A program made the position numbers and the translations under genes. Positions 26,619 to 39,107 of a stretch of DNA of 64,000 nt are shown here, in pieces (positions within the stretch are counted from its first letter, which is position 1; every line of letters starts with the position of its first letter). Source of the stretch: Fistulifera solaris (lineage: Eukaryota). Where the stretch lies: positions 2,046,001 to 2,110,000 of the forward strand of contig AP026124.1 in NCBI GenBank assembly GCA_030295235.1, read 5' to 3'. The notes below the pieces were generated by a model. It was given only the letters and a program-made list of their open reading frames with translations. It was not told where the DNA came from and made no database searches.

Positions 26619-27050
26619 TGCGGGTGCATTCATGAGTAATTACGAAGCTTCCTAAAGACGGTTAGTTGAGAAAGGATCGGGGCGCTACTACTACTGTTAA
26701 AGGATTTTGTTGACAACTTCTCATTCGTTTCAATTGGTAGTGGCCTTCGATTCAATGGCTTTATACTTTGATCGTGTAATTTTGCGGTCTCCACGCCGGT
26801 CAGGGCCAATTTTCGAATCTGTAATCTTCTAACTCAACTTTGTTAATATTAAATTTTTATCTCAATCCTTTTAAGTAACTTTAAAATATTACTCCGCGCT
26901 ATTTTTTTTGGGTTTGTCGATGGTTCGTCTTCTTTGACTCGAGCATGAATTGAAGGTTTTGGACGACAACCAAGCAGTCCGCTTCCATTGGCAGGCTACT
27001 TCGACTGCAAAGTTCAAATACGAGTTTCCGGGGACTTTCTGAGCAATCGA

Positions 27051-27830
27051 TTATCGCAAGTAATGCAAAGTATGCTTCCTCGTCATATAATGTGATACAC
27101 GCCTGATCCCCTTTTGTCGTAACTCAAATTGAATGTAGCGGTCGGTTTCTTCAACAAGGGACAGGATCCAGTGCTTACATTCGGTCCAAATGAAATGGTT
27201 CCGCTGAAATAATTCTTGGTTACATCGAGGTGCAAGGCGTTCATAAATGCGTTCCAAATGTAACTGTGCTGTCTCATCCGGCGGCACGTCTCGTAGCTCT
27301 TCGTGGTAGACCCGAAAGTCGTTTGTTTCTGTGTCTCGCACAGTCATGTCGTCAGTGTTCTGGAAAAGTTTATACTTGTATTTGTCAGTCAAGGCGCAGT
27401 CATCCACTCTCGATTCCACCCCGACATCGTTTTTACTACGACAAATCTTGTTACTGGCTTGGAAATAAGGCGGTTCTTCTTTCTTTGTAAGTAAGGGGAT
27501 GAAGACTTTCTCCACATTGTTATGATCTACTGACGGAACTAGAAAGAGATCCGATAGACATTCAAAGTCTCCAGCGTAGGAGCGATGGCGATTAAACATG
27601 CTTGGCAATGAAGTGAGTGGTGTGAAGTCCTGATGATCCCATGGGCTGGGGATTTTTGCATGGACCATGCTGTGCTTTTTCCAAAGTTTGCTCGTGCTCA
27701 GGTTTCAAACCTCTGTAGCTTCTCATGCTGTTTTCGAGAAATGAGATGAATTCATTATTGCTTGGTCGATCGATTGTTTCTTGTTTACAAGAAAAACGGG
27801 TCGATCGGAACGGTTTTCTGTCGGTTTCAT
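27051..27830 (-). CDS. Hypothetical protein
   Basis: 205-aa ORF at 27051-27668, probably extended to ATG 27830 through frameshifts. No recognised domain. Confidence 0.45.
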
Positions 27831-28172
27831 TCAAGTTTTTTTAAGATCTGTCCATTATTTTAAAAACGCCTGACATCAACTTTCTATGACCTACTACGTA
27901 TGTTTCGAGTTATAGTTGAAAAATAACGTTTACCGTTTACTGTTTGTATCAATAGAATCCCACCGGTAGTTTCTTACTCTTTTTTAGATTGAGCCGCAAG
28001 TTTCTCCCTCCAAAGTCCGGGTTCTTTTTATTCGATCCATGTCACGCGTCACGCGATCTTTAAACTTTCGCTTTCCCGTAAATAATAGCAAAACTCTCCC
28101 ACCTTGTCGCAACGATAGTTTATTTTATAACCTTACAACTAGATTCTAAATAAATAATCAATCAGCACAAGC

Positions 28173-29393
28173 ATGAGTGAAGAATTGAATACGCCGCTTC
28201 CTCCTCCGCTCGACGATCCGACGGTTGCTCATCCCTTGGAATGTCCGCCATTACGCTGGGGCTTGATCGGTTGCGGACGCGTGTCACACGACTTTGCGCA
28301 AGCGCTGAAGCACATCCCGACGGCTTCGGTGGTCGCCTGTGCGGCTCGCGAAATGGACCGTGCACAAGAATTTGCCACCAAACACGGCATTGCGAAAGCC
28401 TACGGTAATTACGATGAAATGTTACAAGATCCGGCCATTGATGTGGTGTATGTGGGAAATCTTCACGCGTTTCGCCGTTCGATCGGAGAAAAGTGCTTAC
28501 TGGCGAATAAGCACGTTCTCTTGGAAAAGCCTTTTGCGTGCAAATTGGATGATGCCGAATATTTGTGTGGCTTGGCGAAGGAGCGCAACTTGTTTCTCAT
28601 GGAAGGGATGTGGACGAGATTCTTTCCAGCTGTGGAACAGGCCCGCCGGCTGGTTTTGGGGGGATCCGATGGTACAAAAGGCGTTCTCGGAGAAGTTTCA
28701 ATGGTTCAAAGTGACTTCAATTTCAATGCAAGCGATTCGGACCCCTATCCAACTTCATTCTTTTACAATCGAAAATTGGGTGGAGGAGCCAGTTTGCTGG
28801 TTGGTCCATATCCTATTGCAGCAGCTCTACTCTTCTTTCCTGGCAATGGTCCTGATCTAGTGAAAGTAACTGGACTCGTGGATCCTCAAACAGGCGTTGA
28901 TTTACAGGCGGCAGTTGCCATGTCATTCCCTGCGACAAGTGATATTCAGCCCGCACTGGACGAGTCGAATACGGAAGAGAATACGCCCAAGCTACCAGGC
29001 GCCGGTGTGGCTACTCTGACCTACGGATTTCTGGGTGAAAGTGAGGAAAAGACTACTGTAGTTGGCTCGAAAGGGAGACTAACGATCGAAACACCTGGAC
29101 ATTGTCCTACGAAACTTTCGGTGACTATTAAAGGAGAGGGGCGAGGCAATGCAGTTGGTTCTCATACTTATCACTTTCCCCTGCCGGAAGATACTGAGGA
29201 AATCATTCAGGCGGGTGGTTATTTTTACCCGAACAGTGCTGGCTTTTGCTATGAAGCGGCGGCGGTTGCACGTTGCATTGCATCTGGGAAAACAGAAGCT
29301 CCGCAATGTCCCTTAGCAGACACTTTATCCCAAATCAAAATTTTAGATCAAGTACGAATTCAGCTGGGTTACAAAGCCATTGACGAAGATTAA
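28173..29393 (+). CDS. Gfo/Idh/MocA oxidoreductase (DHDH / D-xylose dehydrogenase-like)
   Basis: LRWGLIGCGRVSHDF, DPAIDVVYVG, KHVLLEKPF, LFLMEGMWTRFFPA, LGGGA and FYPNSAGFCYEA. Confidence 0.93.
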   Translation: MSEELNTPLPPPLDDPTVAHPLECPPLRWGLIGCGRVSHDFAQALKHIPTASVVACAAREMDRAQEFATKHGIAKAYGNYDEMLQDPAIDVVYVGNLHAFRRSIGEKCLLANKHVLLEKPFACKLDDAEYLCGLAKERNLFLMEGMWTRFFPAVEQARRLVLGGSDGTKGVLGEVSMVQSDFNFNASDSDPYPTSFFYNRKLGGGASLLVGPYPIAAALLFFPGNGPDLVKVTGLVDPQTGVDLQAAVAMSFPATSDIQPALDESNTEENTPKLPGAGVATLTYGFLGESEEKTTVVGSKGRLTIETPGHCPTKLSVTIKGEGRGNAVGSHTYHFPLPEDTEEIIQAGGYFYPNSAGFCYEAAAVARCIASGKTEAPQCPLADTLSQIKILDQVRIQLGYKAIDED

Positions 29394-29428
29394 GCGCTTT
29401 AAAGGCTTTATTTTATATTGCTTACTCT

Positions 29429-31756
29429 CTACATTTTGTACTTCGCAGAACTTCTGGGCACTCTCTCTGTTACTGAAGTCTTCGCGGCAGCTTTTGAACC
29501 GCTAGCAACAGTCTCGTGCGCTTCTTGCTGAAGTCGTTTGAAAAATGTCGTACTGCTTGAATACTCGTTCGAATCCTGCTTTCCGGTCGTGACAGTGCCA
29601 CGAGATCGAGCCGCCTGAAGCTCTTCACGCATCTTTCGCTTCTCGTATGGATTATTGAGTCCCAAACCAGGTTGTAAACGAGAGATCAACTTCTCATCAG
29701 CCTCTTTCTGCTTACGGATCTTACGTCGAGCAGCTTTCTTAGAGGATCTCAACCGCTTACGTTCTTGTTGTTCAAGTTCTGAATCGGCGCGCAGTACACT
29801 ATCGCGACCATGCTTTCGGCCGTACACTTCTTCCGGTGCCACGCCACGGGCATCACTTACATGCAATGGAAGTACTTCCTCCATAGCGATTGCAGGTTTC
29901 GTGATAGTTCTCACTTCAGCCTCGTCCTCAATCGGCCGAGGAGCAAATTGATAGTTGGACAATGCATCGAGTTTACTGCACAAATTAGCGAACAACGCTT
30001 TCATTTCGTTAATTGCCTTTTCCTCCTCAGTCTCCTTCTCTGCGGCGTCGACATCATACCCGGTTGCCTTTTTCAAGTATTCGCGCTCGTAGAGCTCTCC
30101 TAAACTCAGTTTTGACTTCTCCTGACTAACCTCTGGGAGCTCACCCCGCTTTTTATGCCAGCCGACATCTGGGAGCTCTCTAGGGACGACGTCATCCCAA
30201 TCTTCTTCAAGTATTCGCTTCTTTATCATCTCTTCAATACTCGCCGTATGCTCTACGGTGACTATAGGAGCCATTTTTGTTGCAATCTCGAACTCTGGAG
30301 TAGAATCGAGAAGCGAATTAACTGGACGATCTGACGATGTAGTTTCACCTTTCATTTGCCATGGCTTTTCGGCAAGCATATCTTTCTCTAGCTGTTGAAT
30401 CTGTGCTTCAAGTTTCGAGGCAATTTTGGATTTCTTGTCTTTTCGCGGTATAATCGATTCAGCTTCGTCCTCCATTACTCCTCCCTCATCGTCACTTCCA
30501 TCACTTTCCTTTTCTCCATCCTCATCGTCGATATCCTCATCGTCTTCTTCGTTCCATTGTACTTTTCCCTTTTCAGACGCTGAGTTTCCAAACTCAAATT
30601 CATTCCAAGAATCGTCGTCATCATTTTTTCTCCTATTCTTATCGTTATGAGGTTTCCATTTATGAAAATATTTTTTATCAGGTTTGCCGAAGAAATCAGC
30701 GGCTGTCATGTTAATGACATCATCGTATTCATCGTCATCCTCGTCATCATCTTTGACGACATCATCGTACAAACCGTAGAGAGCTTCAACTTCATCATCT
30801 TCGCGATAATTCTTTCTTCTTTGCAAAGTTGTCTTTTGAAACAAGCCCGCACCAACATCAACATCTTCTTCGCTATCTTCCTCATCGCTATCATTATCTT
30901 TGGATTCCTCGCCGAAATCACCATCTCGTTGCTTTTGATGAAAAGTCCTTTTGTCAATATCTTCCGTTGTGCTTTCTGGGCGCTCTTCTCCATACGCTGA
31001 GTCGGGAAGATAGCCTTCTTCATCATCCGCGAATCCTTCCATTTCATTTATATCAAAGAACCCATTGTTAAGCTCTTCGGCTGCAGGATCTACTAACTCA
31101 GGCTCATCGTAATCGGCATCGGACTTGTTACTTGGATGTTCTCTCTGATTGACACCTTCAATACTTTCTTCGTCCTCCTCATCATCATCGTCGTCCATGT
31201 CATTCATCGCACGCTCCATTCGCTCTCGCATCCTTCTTGCTTCATCATCTTTCGGTTCATCTTCATCGTTATCTTCGTCCTCGGACGTTTGTTCTTCGTC
31301 GTCCTGCAATGGCTCCTCCTCGTCGAGTTCAGATGACGAGTCGACTTCGTCCGAGTCCATATCTTCCAATAACCGAACAGACTTGGGTCCAGATTGCTTA
31401 TTTGTCGCCTTTGAAACACGTTTAATGGCCTGCTTTAGAAGAGTCTGCAGGGCGACGTTCTGTAAATCCACTTGTCCCCATAGGGTTTCGGTATCGACTT
31501 TTTCTTCTTCGTCACCCATGTAAAGTTCATCCAAACCAGACAAGCCAGACTCAGTTTCTTTACCGATCGATTGATAAATCTTTGACAATACTTCGATTCG
31601 GCGGAATAACTGATCCGCTGTTTGTATCAAAAGAGCGAATTGCGTAGAAGCACGCTCTTGCGAGTTGTTGTAAAGAAGTGAAAACGCAGCATCTTCCGGT
31701 TTTGACAGTAGAGCGACAAAATCACGTGTCGATTGCAACTCGTTCTGATCAGACAT
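29429..31756 (-). CDS. MPP10: U3 snoRNP protein Mpp10
   Basis: Acidic N-terminal half, FFDINEMEGF, EKPWQMKGE...RPVNSLL, IEEMIKKRI...WDDV, QEKSKLSLGELYE, KLDALSNYQF.P and PAIAMEEV.P...APEE. Confidence 0.95.
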   Translation of the reverse strand: MSDQNELQSTRDFVALLSKPEDAAFSLLYNNSQERASTQFALLIQTADQLFRRIEVLSKIYQSIGKETESGLSGLDELYMGDEEEKVDTETLWGQVDLQNVALQTLLKQAIKRVSKATNKQSGPKSVRLLEDMDSDEVDSSSELDEEEPLQDDEEQTSEDEDNDEDEPKDDEARRMRERMERAMNDMDDDDDEEDEESIEGVNQREHPSNKSDADYDEPELVDPAAEELNNGFFDINEMEGFADDEEGYLPDSAYGEERPESTTEDIDKRTFHQKQRDGDFGEESKDNDSDEEDSEEDVDVGAGLFQKTTLQRRKNYREDDEVEALYGLYDDVVKDDDEDDDEYDDVINMTAADFFGKPDKKYFHKWKPHNDKNRRKNDDDDSWNEFEFGNSASEKGKVQWNEEDDEDIDDEDGEKESDGSDDEGGVMEDEAESIIPRKDKKSKIASKLEAQIQQLEKDMLAEKPWQMKGETTSSDRPVNSLLDSTPEFEIATKMAPIVTVEHTASIEEMIKKRILEEDWDDVVPRELPDVGWHKKRGELPEVSQEKSKLSLGELYEREYLKKATGYDVDAAEKETEEEKAINEMKALFANLCSKLDALSNYQFAPRPIEDEAEVRTITKPAIAMEEVLPLHVSDARGVAPEEVYGRKHGRDSVLRADSELEQQERKRLRSSKKAARRKIRKQKEADEKLISRLQPGLGLNNPYEKRKMREELQAARSRGTVTTGKQDSNEYSSSTTFFKRLQQEAHETVASGSKAAAKTSVTERVPRSSAKYKM

Positions 31757-32186
31757 GGTTGTTGTGTTGTTTGTGCGGCTGATAGGTTGATAGGTTGATC
31801 AAAAGCACTAAGGCAACTTGCTCTCATCTATTATGATCTGTGCGTGCATTATTTGTTGATGCTTTTACGTTTTTCTTCGTTGGGTCACGGTTTGTTTTAT
31901 TCGTGGATGATGGTTGGCTAATAGGCATAGGCCGCTATGGCGTCGAATCCGGTTGACTTACTGACGCGCTGAAAGGTTTCGCTCTTCGCTCCATACCAAT
32001 ACCAGGTACAGGTACATCTTTTTGCGCAAACGAGCTCAAACCTTTGAAGGTAAAGCTATAAGTCGATCGCGAGGCTATCAACTACAGAAGCTGCTGCTAG
32101 GAACAAATATTGAACAACAACATAGCGCTTATTTATAGTGTTATGAACAAAAAGAACTCTTATGTGGACGGAGCCATCGGTGATGT

Positions 32187-33905
32187 TTAAAACTCAGCGG
32201 CACGTCGCAGATACTTCCAGATTTCATTTCTCCCTAACTTTGTTTGGGCGGAGGATAGAATCACAGGAGCTTTCGCGACGCCATTTTCTTCCATGGTCTT
32301 TTGAACTTTCTTCATCACATCCCTGGATACCTTTCCTGTGTTTGTCGCCGCAGCACCCTTGACATTCTTGTCCGCCTTGGTCAAAACTATAACATAATGT
32401 ACATGTGGCGGTTTGTCCACACTAATTTGTTTCATAATGGCTGCATCTTCATCCGTAGGTCCATGTCGAGCGTCAACTAGATGGAAAAGCACCCGCAAGT
32501 TCGGACGTTCTGTGATATACAAGTGCATGAACGCTTTCCATTTCTGCTTTTGAGAGTCGGGGACTTTGGCATAACCAAAACCCGGCAAATCCACCATGTA
32601 GAACGAATCAGCGTCTTTTTCGCCTTCCACCAAGTCACCGTACTTGATCTCTTTCTCGACGCCAGCTTTATCATTCACGGCAAAAAGTTAAACTGCTGCG
32701 TTTTCCCCGGTCGTTTGCTGACAAAGGCGAGAGACTTTCGATTTGTCACCATATTCACCAAGCTCGATTTGCCCACATTTGAACGTCCAATAAAAGCCAC
32801 TTCTCCCCTGTCGGCAGGTGGGCACTTTTGCATGTCAACGGCACCCGTGACGAAAACGACACGACGGATCAAAGCGTTGGATAGCTGCTCGTAAACAGTA
32901 TCCGAATTCATCGGAGGAAAGGCGTTGATGGCATTCAATACCGCATAAACGAGATTGCACGGCATAAAATCAATTTCGACGCCGACACAAGGTTGTACCG
33001 ATCCATCCCTTCGTCCTGCCTCGCATTGAGCCGCACCCTTTAGTATACGACTCCACGGAATACCAATTTCCTCATCTGTCATACCGGCTTGCACCACCAT
33101 CGGTCCCATTTCAACTAATTTCCGGCACCCCAGGACAGCAAGGGAAGGTTCATTTTCAAAGAAATGCCGGGAAGCGAACGATGCCAGGGACAGTGCCCGA
33201 TGTTTCAATACATCACGGACGGCCGGCTGGTCAATCTCATCGGCGGTGGGCAGCGGCAATTCATCGTCCAATAAAAATTGAGCATCCGACACATTATGAA
33301 CACGCAACAAACCGCGGACGATTGCCGCTGATTCCAAGGGCAAGATCGATTGTCGGTGATGTCGATAGCGTTCCTCCAAGGCCAAGCGCGCCAAACGGTG
33401 ATTGTTCATGTGCAGGGCCGCCACGGCCAGTCTCGCTAACAGAGAACCTCGATATCCGTAGGCATATGTCTCATCCGTCTGTTCCAGTAAAAATCGTTCA
33501 ATGGTCGCCAAGTCTTGCGCGTCGTGCCGATTTTGTGCCCGTTTGATAAGCTCGTATCACATCGTCCGGAGTGGACGATGCCGTCAGAGCGCGAATGGCT
33601 TGAGAATTCAGTTCATATGTTGTACTATTCTTGATGGGTTGTTTACTCTCTGCATACTTTTGTTTTCTTCTTTGATTGTTGGACTTTGACGCGTCATCAT
33701 TATTCTTTTGCTTCTTTTGTCGTTCGAGGGCTTTTCGTTCCGGTCGAGTGAGTTTGTTGCTACCGCTGCTGGAAGTGACTTGGAGTATTGATTGCCTTGA
33801 TAGGCGATGATGAGGTGCAAATGCGCGACAATTTGTGCATAGAATAAGAAGGATCCAGGTGACAAGCAGATAGCATCGAAGGGTGCTTCGACAGACCGTA
33901 TTCAT
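32187..33905 (-). CDS. EngB/YihA-family GTPase with long N-terminal extension, plastid-targeted
   Basis: [49 protein letters not shown] and SS.TK.GR. Presequence CRAF; frameshifts near 33540 and in the A-run at 32682-32686. Confidence 0.9.
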
Positions 33906-34248
33906 GGGTAATATTTGAAGGTAGCACCGGCCAGCGAAAGCTGTATTGCTGCGTTCGATAAGCTAATGAAGGTCTAGTTCGGTGCTTTGATTGTGAGGCC
34001 ACTGATAAGCACGAGCGACGACCTAATGGGCATGACTTTCAAGACATGTGAGAAACAGAAACAGAAAGCCAAAAGCAACTTGAACCATTATTTTTTTCCT
34101 TGCGATGATGAACGGTGACAGCGTCGTGTCACATGGAGTAGAACTCTCTACTTTAGAGATCACTGTCATCTCACTCACGTCCAGTTGTGACGGACGCCGG
34201 AGAGGCGGATAAGTGCGATGCCATTGATTAGGGACGAAGATGATTACT

Positions 34249-34329
34249 GGGAACGGCGTTAAAATTCTGCCTCGTCGTAGACGCTACGTAGAATCTTGTA
34301 CTGGGAGGCAGAATTTTAACGTCCTTCCC
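34249..34329. mobile_element. 81-bp hairpin (MITE-like) element, copy 1
   Basis: 25-bp inverted arms at 34249-34273 and 34305-34329 (2 mismatches) around a 31-nt core. Flanked by CTGG at 34247-34250 and 34329-34332. Confidence 0.7.
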
Positions 34330-35076
34330 TGGACTCGATCACACGTAGTAATTTTTAAATAGACTTCCACATATTCCAACAAGACGTACGCTCATAGCTC
34401 CATGAGAAAAGTTCTTAAAGGATCAGATGTAAAATGTAAACGAAGAAAGCTAGACCATCTCATGGAGAGAGTATAAGAGAATTTTGATTCATGACTGAAA
34501 ATCAGTCGTGGTGTCGTCGAATTCACACTTTGGGCTATAGTAATTAGGAACACCTTAATGAGCAATGAATTTCGACATACCACGAAAGGCGATGTGGGTG
34601 AAAATTCATTCCGACAGCGTTATCATTCAAAAAAAACATTGATTTTAAATATTAATGTTATTAATCCTTCGTCAAAGACAGCATTAAATACGTTGCAATT
34701 CCTTTTTGGAATGCCAGCGATCGTTCCCGGGACTGAAAACCAATTGAGTCGGACCCGTCAACCACCAACACCTTATAAGATAGTTAGTACTTGTAGTTAT
34801 TTTTTTCTTGGGAAGAAATCAAAGTAATTTATTCGAATTATTTGAACGACAACATCAACAACACGATCAATGGTACGCCAAAAATAGGATGAACTGATGT
34901 CTCGTTAAACCTTGGTCAAAGACAATGCCAATGAAGATGTTGTTCATCTGCGAGTAATCGGATTTTAGTTTTAGACAAGACTACATTTTAGTGGATAGTA
35001 AACGCCCATCAGGGTTCTTTCGGCAACGGAGAACCATTCAGAGAACCAAATGTTCATCAAATAATATTGTTCCATC

Positions 35077-36706
35077 ATGAAAGATCAAAATGCAGAGAAT
35101 ACATCGTCGTTTGTCCTGTATTCACTCGATCAATTTCAAGTTTCCATATCCGATGAGGTGAAGAGCATTTGACGCGTCCGCTGCAGAATTTGTATGCGAT
35201 CCACGAAGAGGCCGTCGAACATTTTCAACGAATGATGGATGCCATGAAACGACCTCCGTTACAATCGGTTTGTCGTGTGAATTTGATACAGTCTTCTCGA
35301 GACCAAGTTATGGAAGGAATACGAGAAAGTCTTCAAAATGGATCGTATCACGCGGTGGTGATCCAGAACAGATGAAAGTTCGAGTGCGACCACACCCTCA
35401 GCTACACGATACCATTGTTGTAGATGTCATCCCCAAAGACACCAGCGCTACTCTTGGCAAATTAATTATGCCCCCAAATCACACTGATATGACACTCTTT
35501 CCTCATTGGCCGACGCGAGAACAACTGGGTTGGCCCATGTCACATAGAGCCATTTTGTGCGATCGACTGTGTGGAGAAGCCGTGTTGCGAGGATCGGATA
35601 TCTTTGTCCGCGGGATACTGATGGCCGATGCCGGAATTGTGACAGGAGAAGTCGTGGCAGTGTATGCACATCTTGGGGATGTCCGGAAAATTGCGCGTGG
35701 GAGAAAAATGGAGGAATATCGAGGCGAATGTCTATTTTTGGGATTGGGGACGGCCTGTTGTTCTCGTGTCGACATGTTTCGTTTGGAATCGGGACTGGGC
35801 GTTACCATGTCTCCTTTTCCGTGGGATCGGGCCGGACCGAGCATGCCACCCTTGTCGGGGATTTTACCGCATGTCATGATGCCGCAGAATTTGCCTTCCA
35901 TAGTGGTCACGCATGCTCTGCAACCCGAACAAAACGATACAATCCTTGATATGTGTTCCGCACCAGGTGGCAAATCCTTGCACTTGGCGAGCTGGACGAA
36001 AGATCAAGCAACCATTGTGGCCTGCGATAGGAGCCGTAGTAAAATGATTGCGGCTGATGAAACATTTCGACAGGCCGGTGCAACTTGTATAACTCCCCCT
36101 GGCGCTTGACACAACATCGTGCGTCCTCCAACTATCGCAAGATGTTGAAAGAAAAACCGTTCAACAGGTAAGTTAAAATTAGTAGTCGATCGTAGAGAAG
36201 GTGTTATTGTCATCTCTGACTTTTCAGTCCCAATCATTATTCAGATCCTTTCCTCCGCCAAGCCATCGACGAAAGACTCTCTTCTGCATGTGAAAGGATT
36301 TTACCCCGGATCGTTTGATCGAATACTGTTGGATCCCCCGTGTAGTGCACTGAGGTTGCGACCCAAACTAGAGGTTCCCCTTCAAACGGTTCAGGACCTG
36401 GAGTCTTACGCAAAGTATCAGCGACGATTTATCCAACAAGCTGTAGCTTTATTAAAACCTGGAGGAATTATGACGTATAGTACATGCACGTTCCACACTA
36501 TGGAAAATGAAGAAATGGTTGCTTACATTTTAAGCAAATACACGCAGATGAAATTGATGCCGATTGATCTCGATATCGGACTCCCGGGTCTTCCTGGTTT
36601 GGGTTTAAATGAAGTCCAGCGACATAGTGTGAGACGCTTTGATCCATCGGACGCGCAAGATACCATTGGTTTCTTTGTTGCAAAATTTCAGAAAAGAAAA
36701 GACTAA
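35077..36706 (+). CDS. NSUN6-like RNA m5C methyltransferase (PUA + RsmB/NOL1 domain)
   Basis: CGEAVLRGSDIFVRGI, QNLPSIVV.HAL.P, ILDMCSAPGGK, FDRILLDPPCSA, YSTCT...ENE, VRRFDP and DTIGFFVAKF. Intron at about 36168-36245; several frameshifts. Confidence 0.9.
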
Positions 36707-36749
36707 TAACAAAGATTTTATTTTTCAGAAAATAGGCAAGTTACACGTA

Positions 36750-38534
36750 TCACTTCTCCCACCAATTAAATCCACTACTTGCTTGGCCTTGGCCTCCATA
36801 ACCATAGTACGCAGAAGGATCCCAGCTGCTAGTCTCTTCTCCGGGTCGAACTTGTTGTGCCTGCTGTTGATGCCCGTGTTGGTATGAAGCCTGCGCACCA
36901 CCGTAAGGAGGTTGTGCCGCCGGCTGTGCTCCGTAATAACTTTGATTCACTGCGGGAACTGGGGGCGGTGGAAGCGTTACTTGCTGTGGTGGCGGCGGCA
37001 GGTGTCCGGCAGGAGCCATGGATGGCGGTGGCGGCGGGGAAGCTGTTCGAATGGTGGAGGAGGTGGACTAGCAGCAGTATTTCCACCAGCAGTCACTGGG
37101 TTTGTTGTCGGATGCGGCAAGCCGGAAGGAGGCTGTGCAGTCGGCTCGTTCGCTTTCTTCCCATCAAGTTCCGCCATGAAAGACAAATATTCCGAGTCAA
37201 TTTGCTGCTGCTCTTGTGGATTGGATGGATCAACGATAGAGGGTTGGCGAGTACAATCCCTCGTTGGATGGCTTGTGTCCCCGCAGATGGCACACTTCAC
37301 TAAAGGTCGATTGTTGTTCATCGCGAATCGCTTCGGACATTCAAAAGCTCGATGTCCTTTCTCTCCACAAATGTCACAGAACTCATCCTCTTTAAGCGTT
37401 CCGTTGAGTAGAGCAAGTTCGCGAAGCTGTTGCTGTTTGTGAACATTCTTCTCGTCATCAATGACAACCAGCATTTGCTCAATCATATCCGTTGCGGCAT
37501 CGACAGCACGCTGATCATCGCCAGTAATCACAACATGAAGCGGCTCGTTGTCCCCCTCCATCACCTTTCCATCTCGACGTCCTCGCGCTCCCTCCTTGAC
37601 GGACCCTTTTCCACGAATGGCAATTTTGCAGCCCGTTTTCGCTTCCAACTCCTTCTGTGTCTTACCGCGAGGCCCGATAATCAGGCCAATAAAGTTATAG
37701 TTCGGGTGTTTCTCAATGGGAATAGGAACTTTATTAACACGCTTGCGCACCAATAAATGGCTCATCGTTTTTCTGGCTTGAACGTTAGGATTCAAATTCA
37801 TGATCCGCTCTAGAATATCTTGGCGTTCTGCACTATAACGTTCTCTCCATCTTACTGCGCGTGTGTTTTTACGCATACCATCGGGCCCGTAGACTGTAAT
37901 GAGAAAGAAAAAGAAGAGCAAAGCGTTGAGACGATTCTATAGTCTTCAGTGAAAATGAGCGTTATCCAATGAGATACTTACTTGGCGGAGGAGACGGCGA
38001 GCGCTCCCGATGACCCCGCGGTAAGGCGTCCACTCGAGCCGCTTCTCGCTCCAAGCTCTCTAATTTATCATTGATATCGCGCAATTGGGCCTGAAGATGC
38101 CTCATCTGCTCTTGCTTGTCGGGAGGCAAATTCAAGGGCATGTTGACGCCGGGCAGGACAAGTTGAGGAACAATCGGAGCGACAGGTGGCGGAGGCAAAT
38201 TCGTTCCGTTATTATTGTCTCCCCAGCGCGATCTTCGTTTCGAAGGATCATCATCGTTGCTGTTGTTATTGTTGGCGGATCCCCAACGCGATTTGCGTTT
38301 GCGGGGTACTTCAGATCCTTCGGATTGCTGCTGATGCTTCAAATATTCCTTTCTAGCTTCCTTCCAACCACGCCAGTTCAAAACTTCTTTCCATAAACCA
38401 GGGTACTCGCCGTACTTTTCTTTCAGTTCCTTTGCCGCGGATGATTGACCCTCATTGTACCACGTCTTCATCGCGACGTGTTCACGTCGAACCGTGTCGA
38501 CAAATTCGGCTGCGGACTCGCTGTCTTGACCCAT
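36750..38534 (-). CDS. SF1: Splicing factor 1 / branchpoint-bridging protein
   Basis: RKRKSRW ULM, RSPSPPPIYG across intron 37894-37981, KH-QUA2 NFIGLIIGPRGKTQKELE...KIAIRGKGSVKEG...QLRELALLNGTL, two zinc knuckles and a Pro-rich tail. Confidence 0.95.
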
Positions 38535-38773
38535 TTTAAGATTTTCCGCCTATTAGAGGTAGTAAACTTTAACCTCAAATTACAAAGTACCAAGACTGGT
38601 TGCCACACACTATTCGTATTGATATGTTTGTTACGAATTTGATTTTGTTTGCCATCTTCGCATGTTGCGGCGGCTGTCGAATCAATCCGTACAACAAGAC
38701 CGCAAACGAAGCGCAACAACGTAGCGCAACCAATTGCCGACGGTAAACGGATAGACGTTGGTCGTAGAGGCCG

Positions 38774-38932
38774 GGGAAGGACGTTAAGATTCTGCCTCTC
38801 AGTACAAGATTCTACGTAGCGTCTACGACGAGGCAGAATTTTAACGCCGTTACCGGGAAGGTTAAAATTCTGCCTCCCGGTACAATATTCTACGTAGCGT
38901 CTACGAGGAGGCAGAATTTTAACGCCGTTCCC
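38774..38932. mobile_element. 81-bp hairpin element, copies 2 and 3 in tandem (inverted relative to copy 1)
   Basis: 38774-38854 differs from the reverse complement of copy 1 at 3 positions; 38855-38932 is a 78-bp copy. CCGG at 38771, 38853 and 38931. Confidence 0.7.
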
Positions 38933-39107
38933 GGAGGGATGCACGTAGCGGTAGCGGAGTCGTCAAACACACGACCTCGCTTGAGAGTCAAGATGATGCC
39001 AGTCGACTATATTTATTATCTTTCTCTGTTCGTACTGGAACTATTTAAGCCATAACTTAGACTTACAATTAATCGAAAGAACAAGCTTTAATTCAACAAT
39101 CAGCAAG

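Noticed and set aside
38774..38932. CRISPR-like repeat-spacer array
   Set aside because: The repeats alternate in orientation, the putative spacers are near-identical, there are no cas genes and the context is eukaryotic. It is a tandem hairpin element.
38468..38944. 158-aa ORF with repeated GNGVKILP..RRYVE
   Set aside because: Simply a translation of the hairpin elements and the SF1 upstream region.
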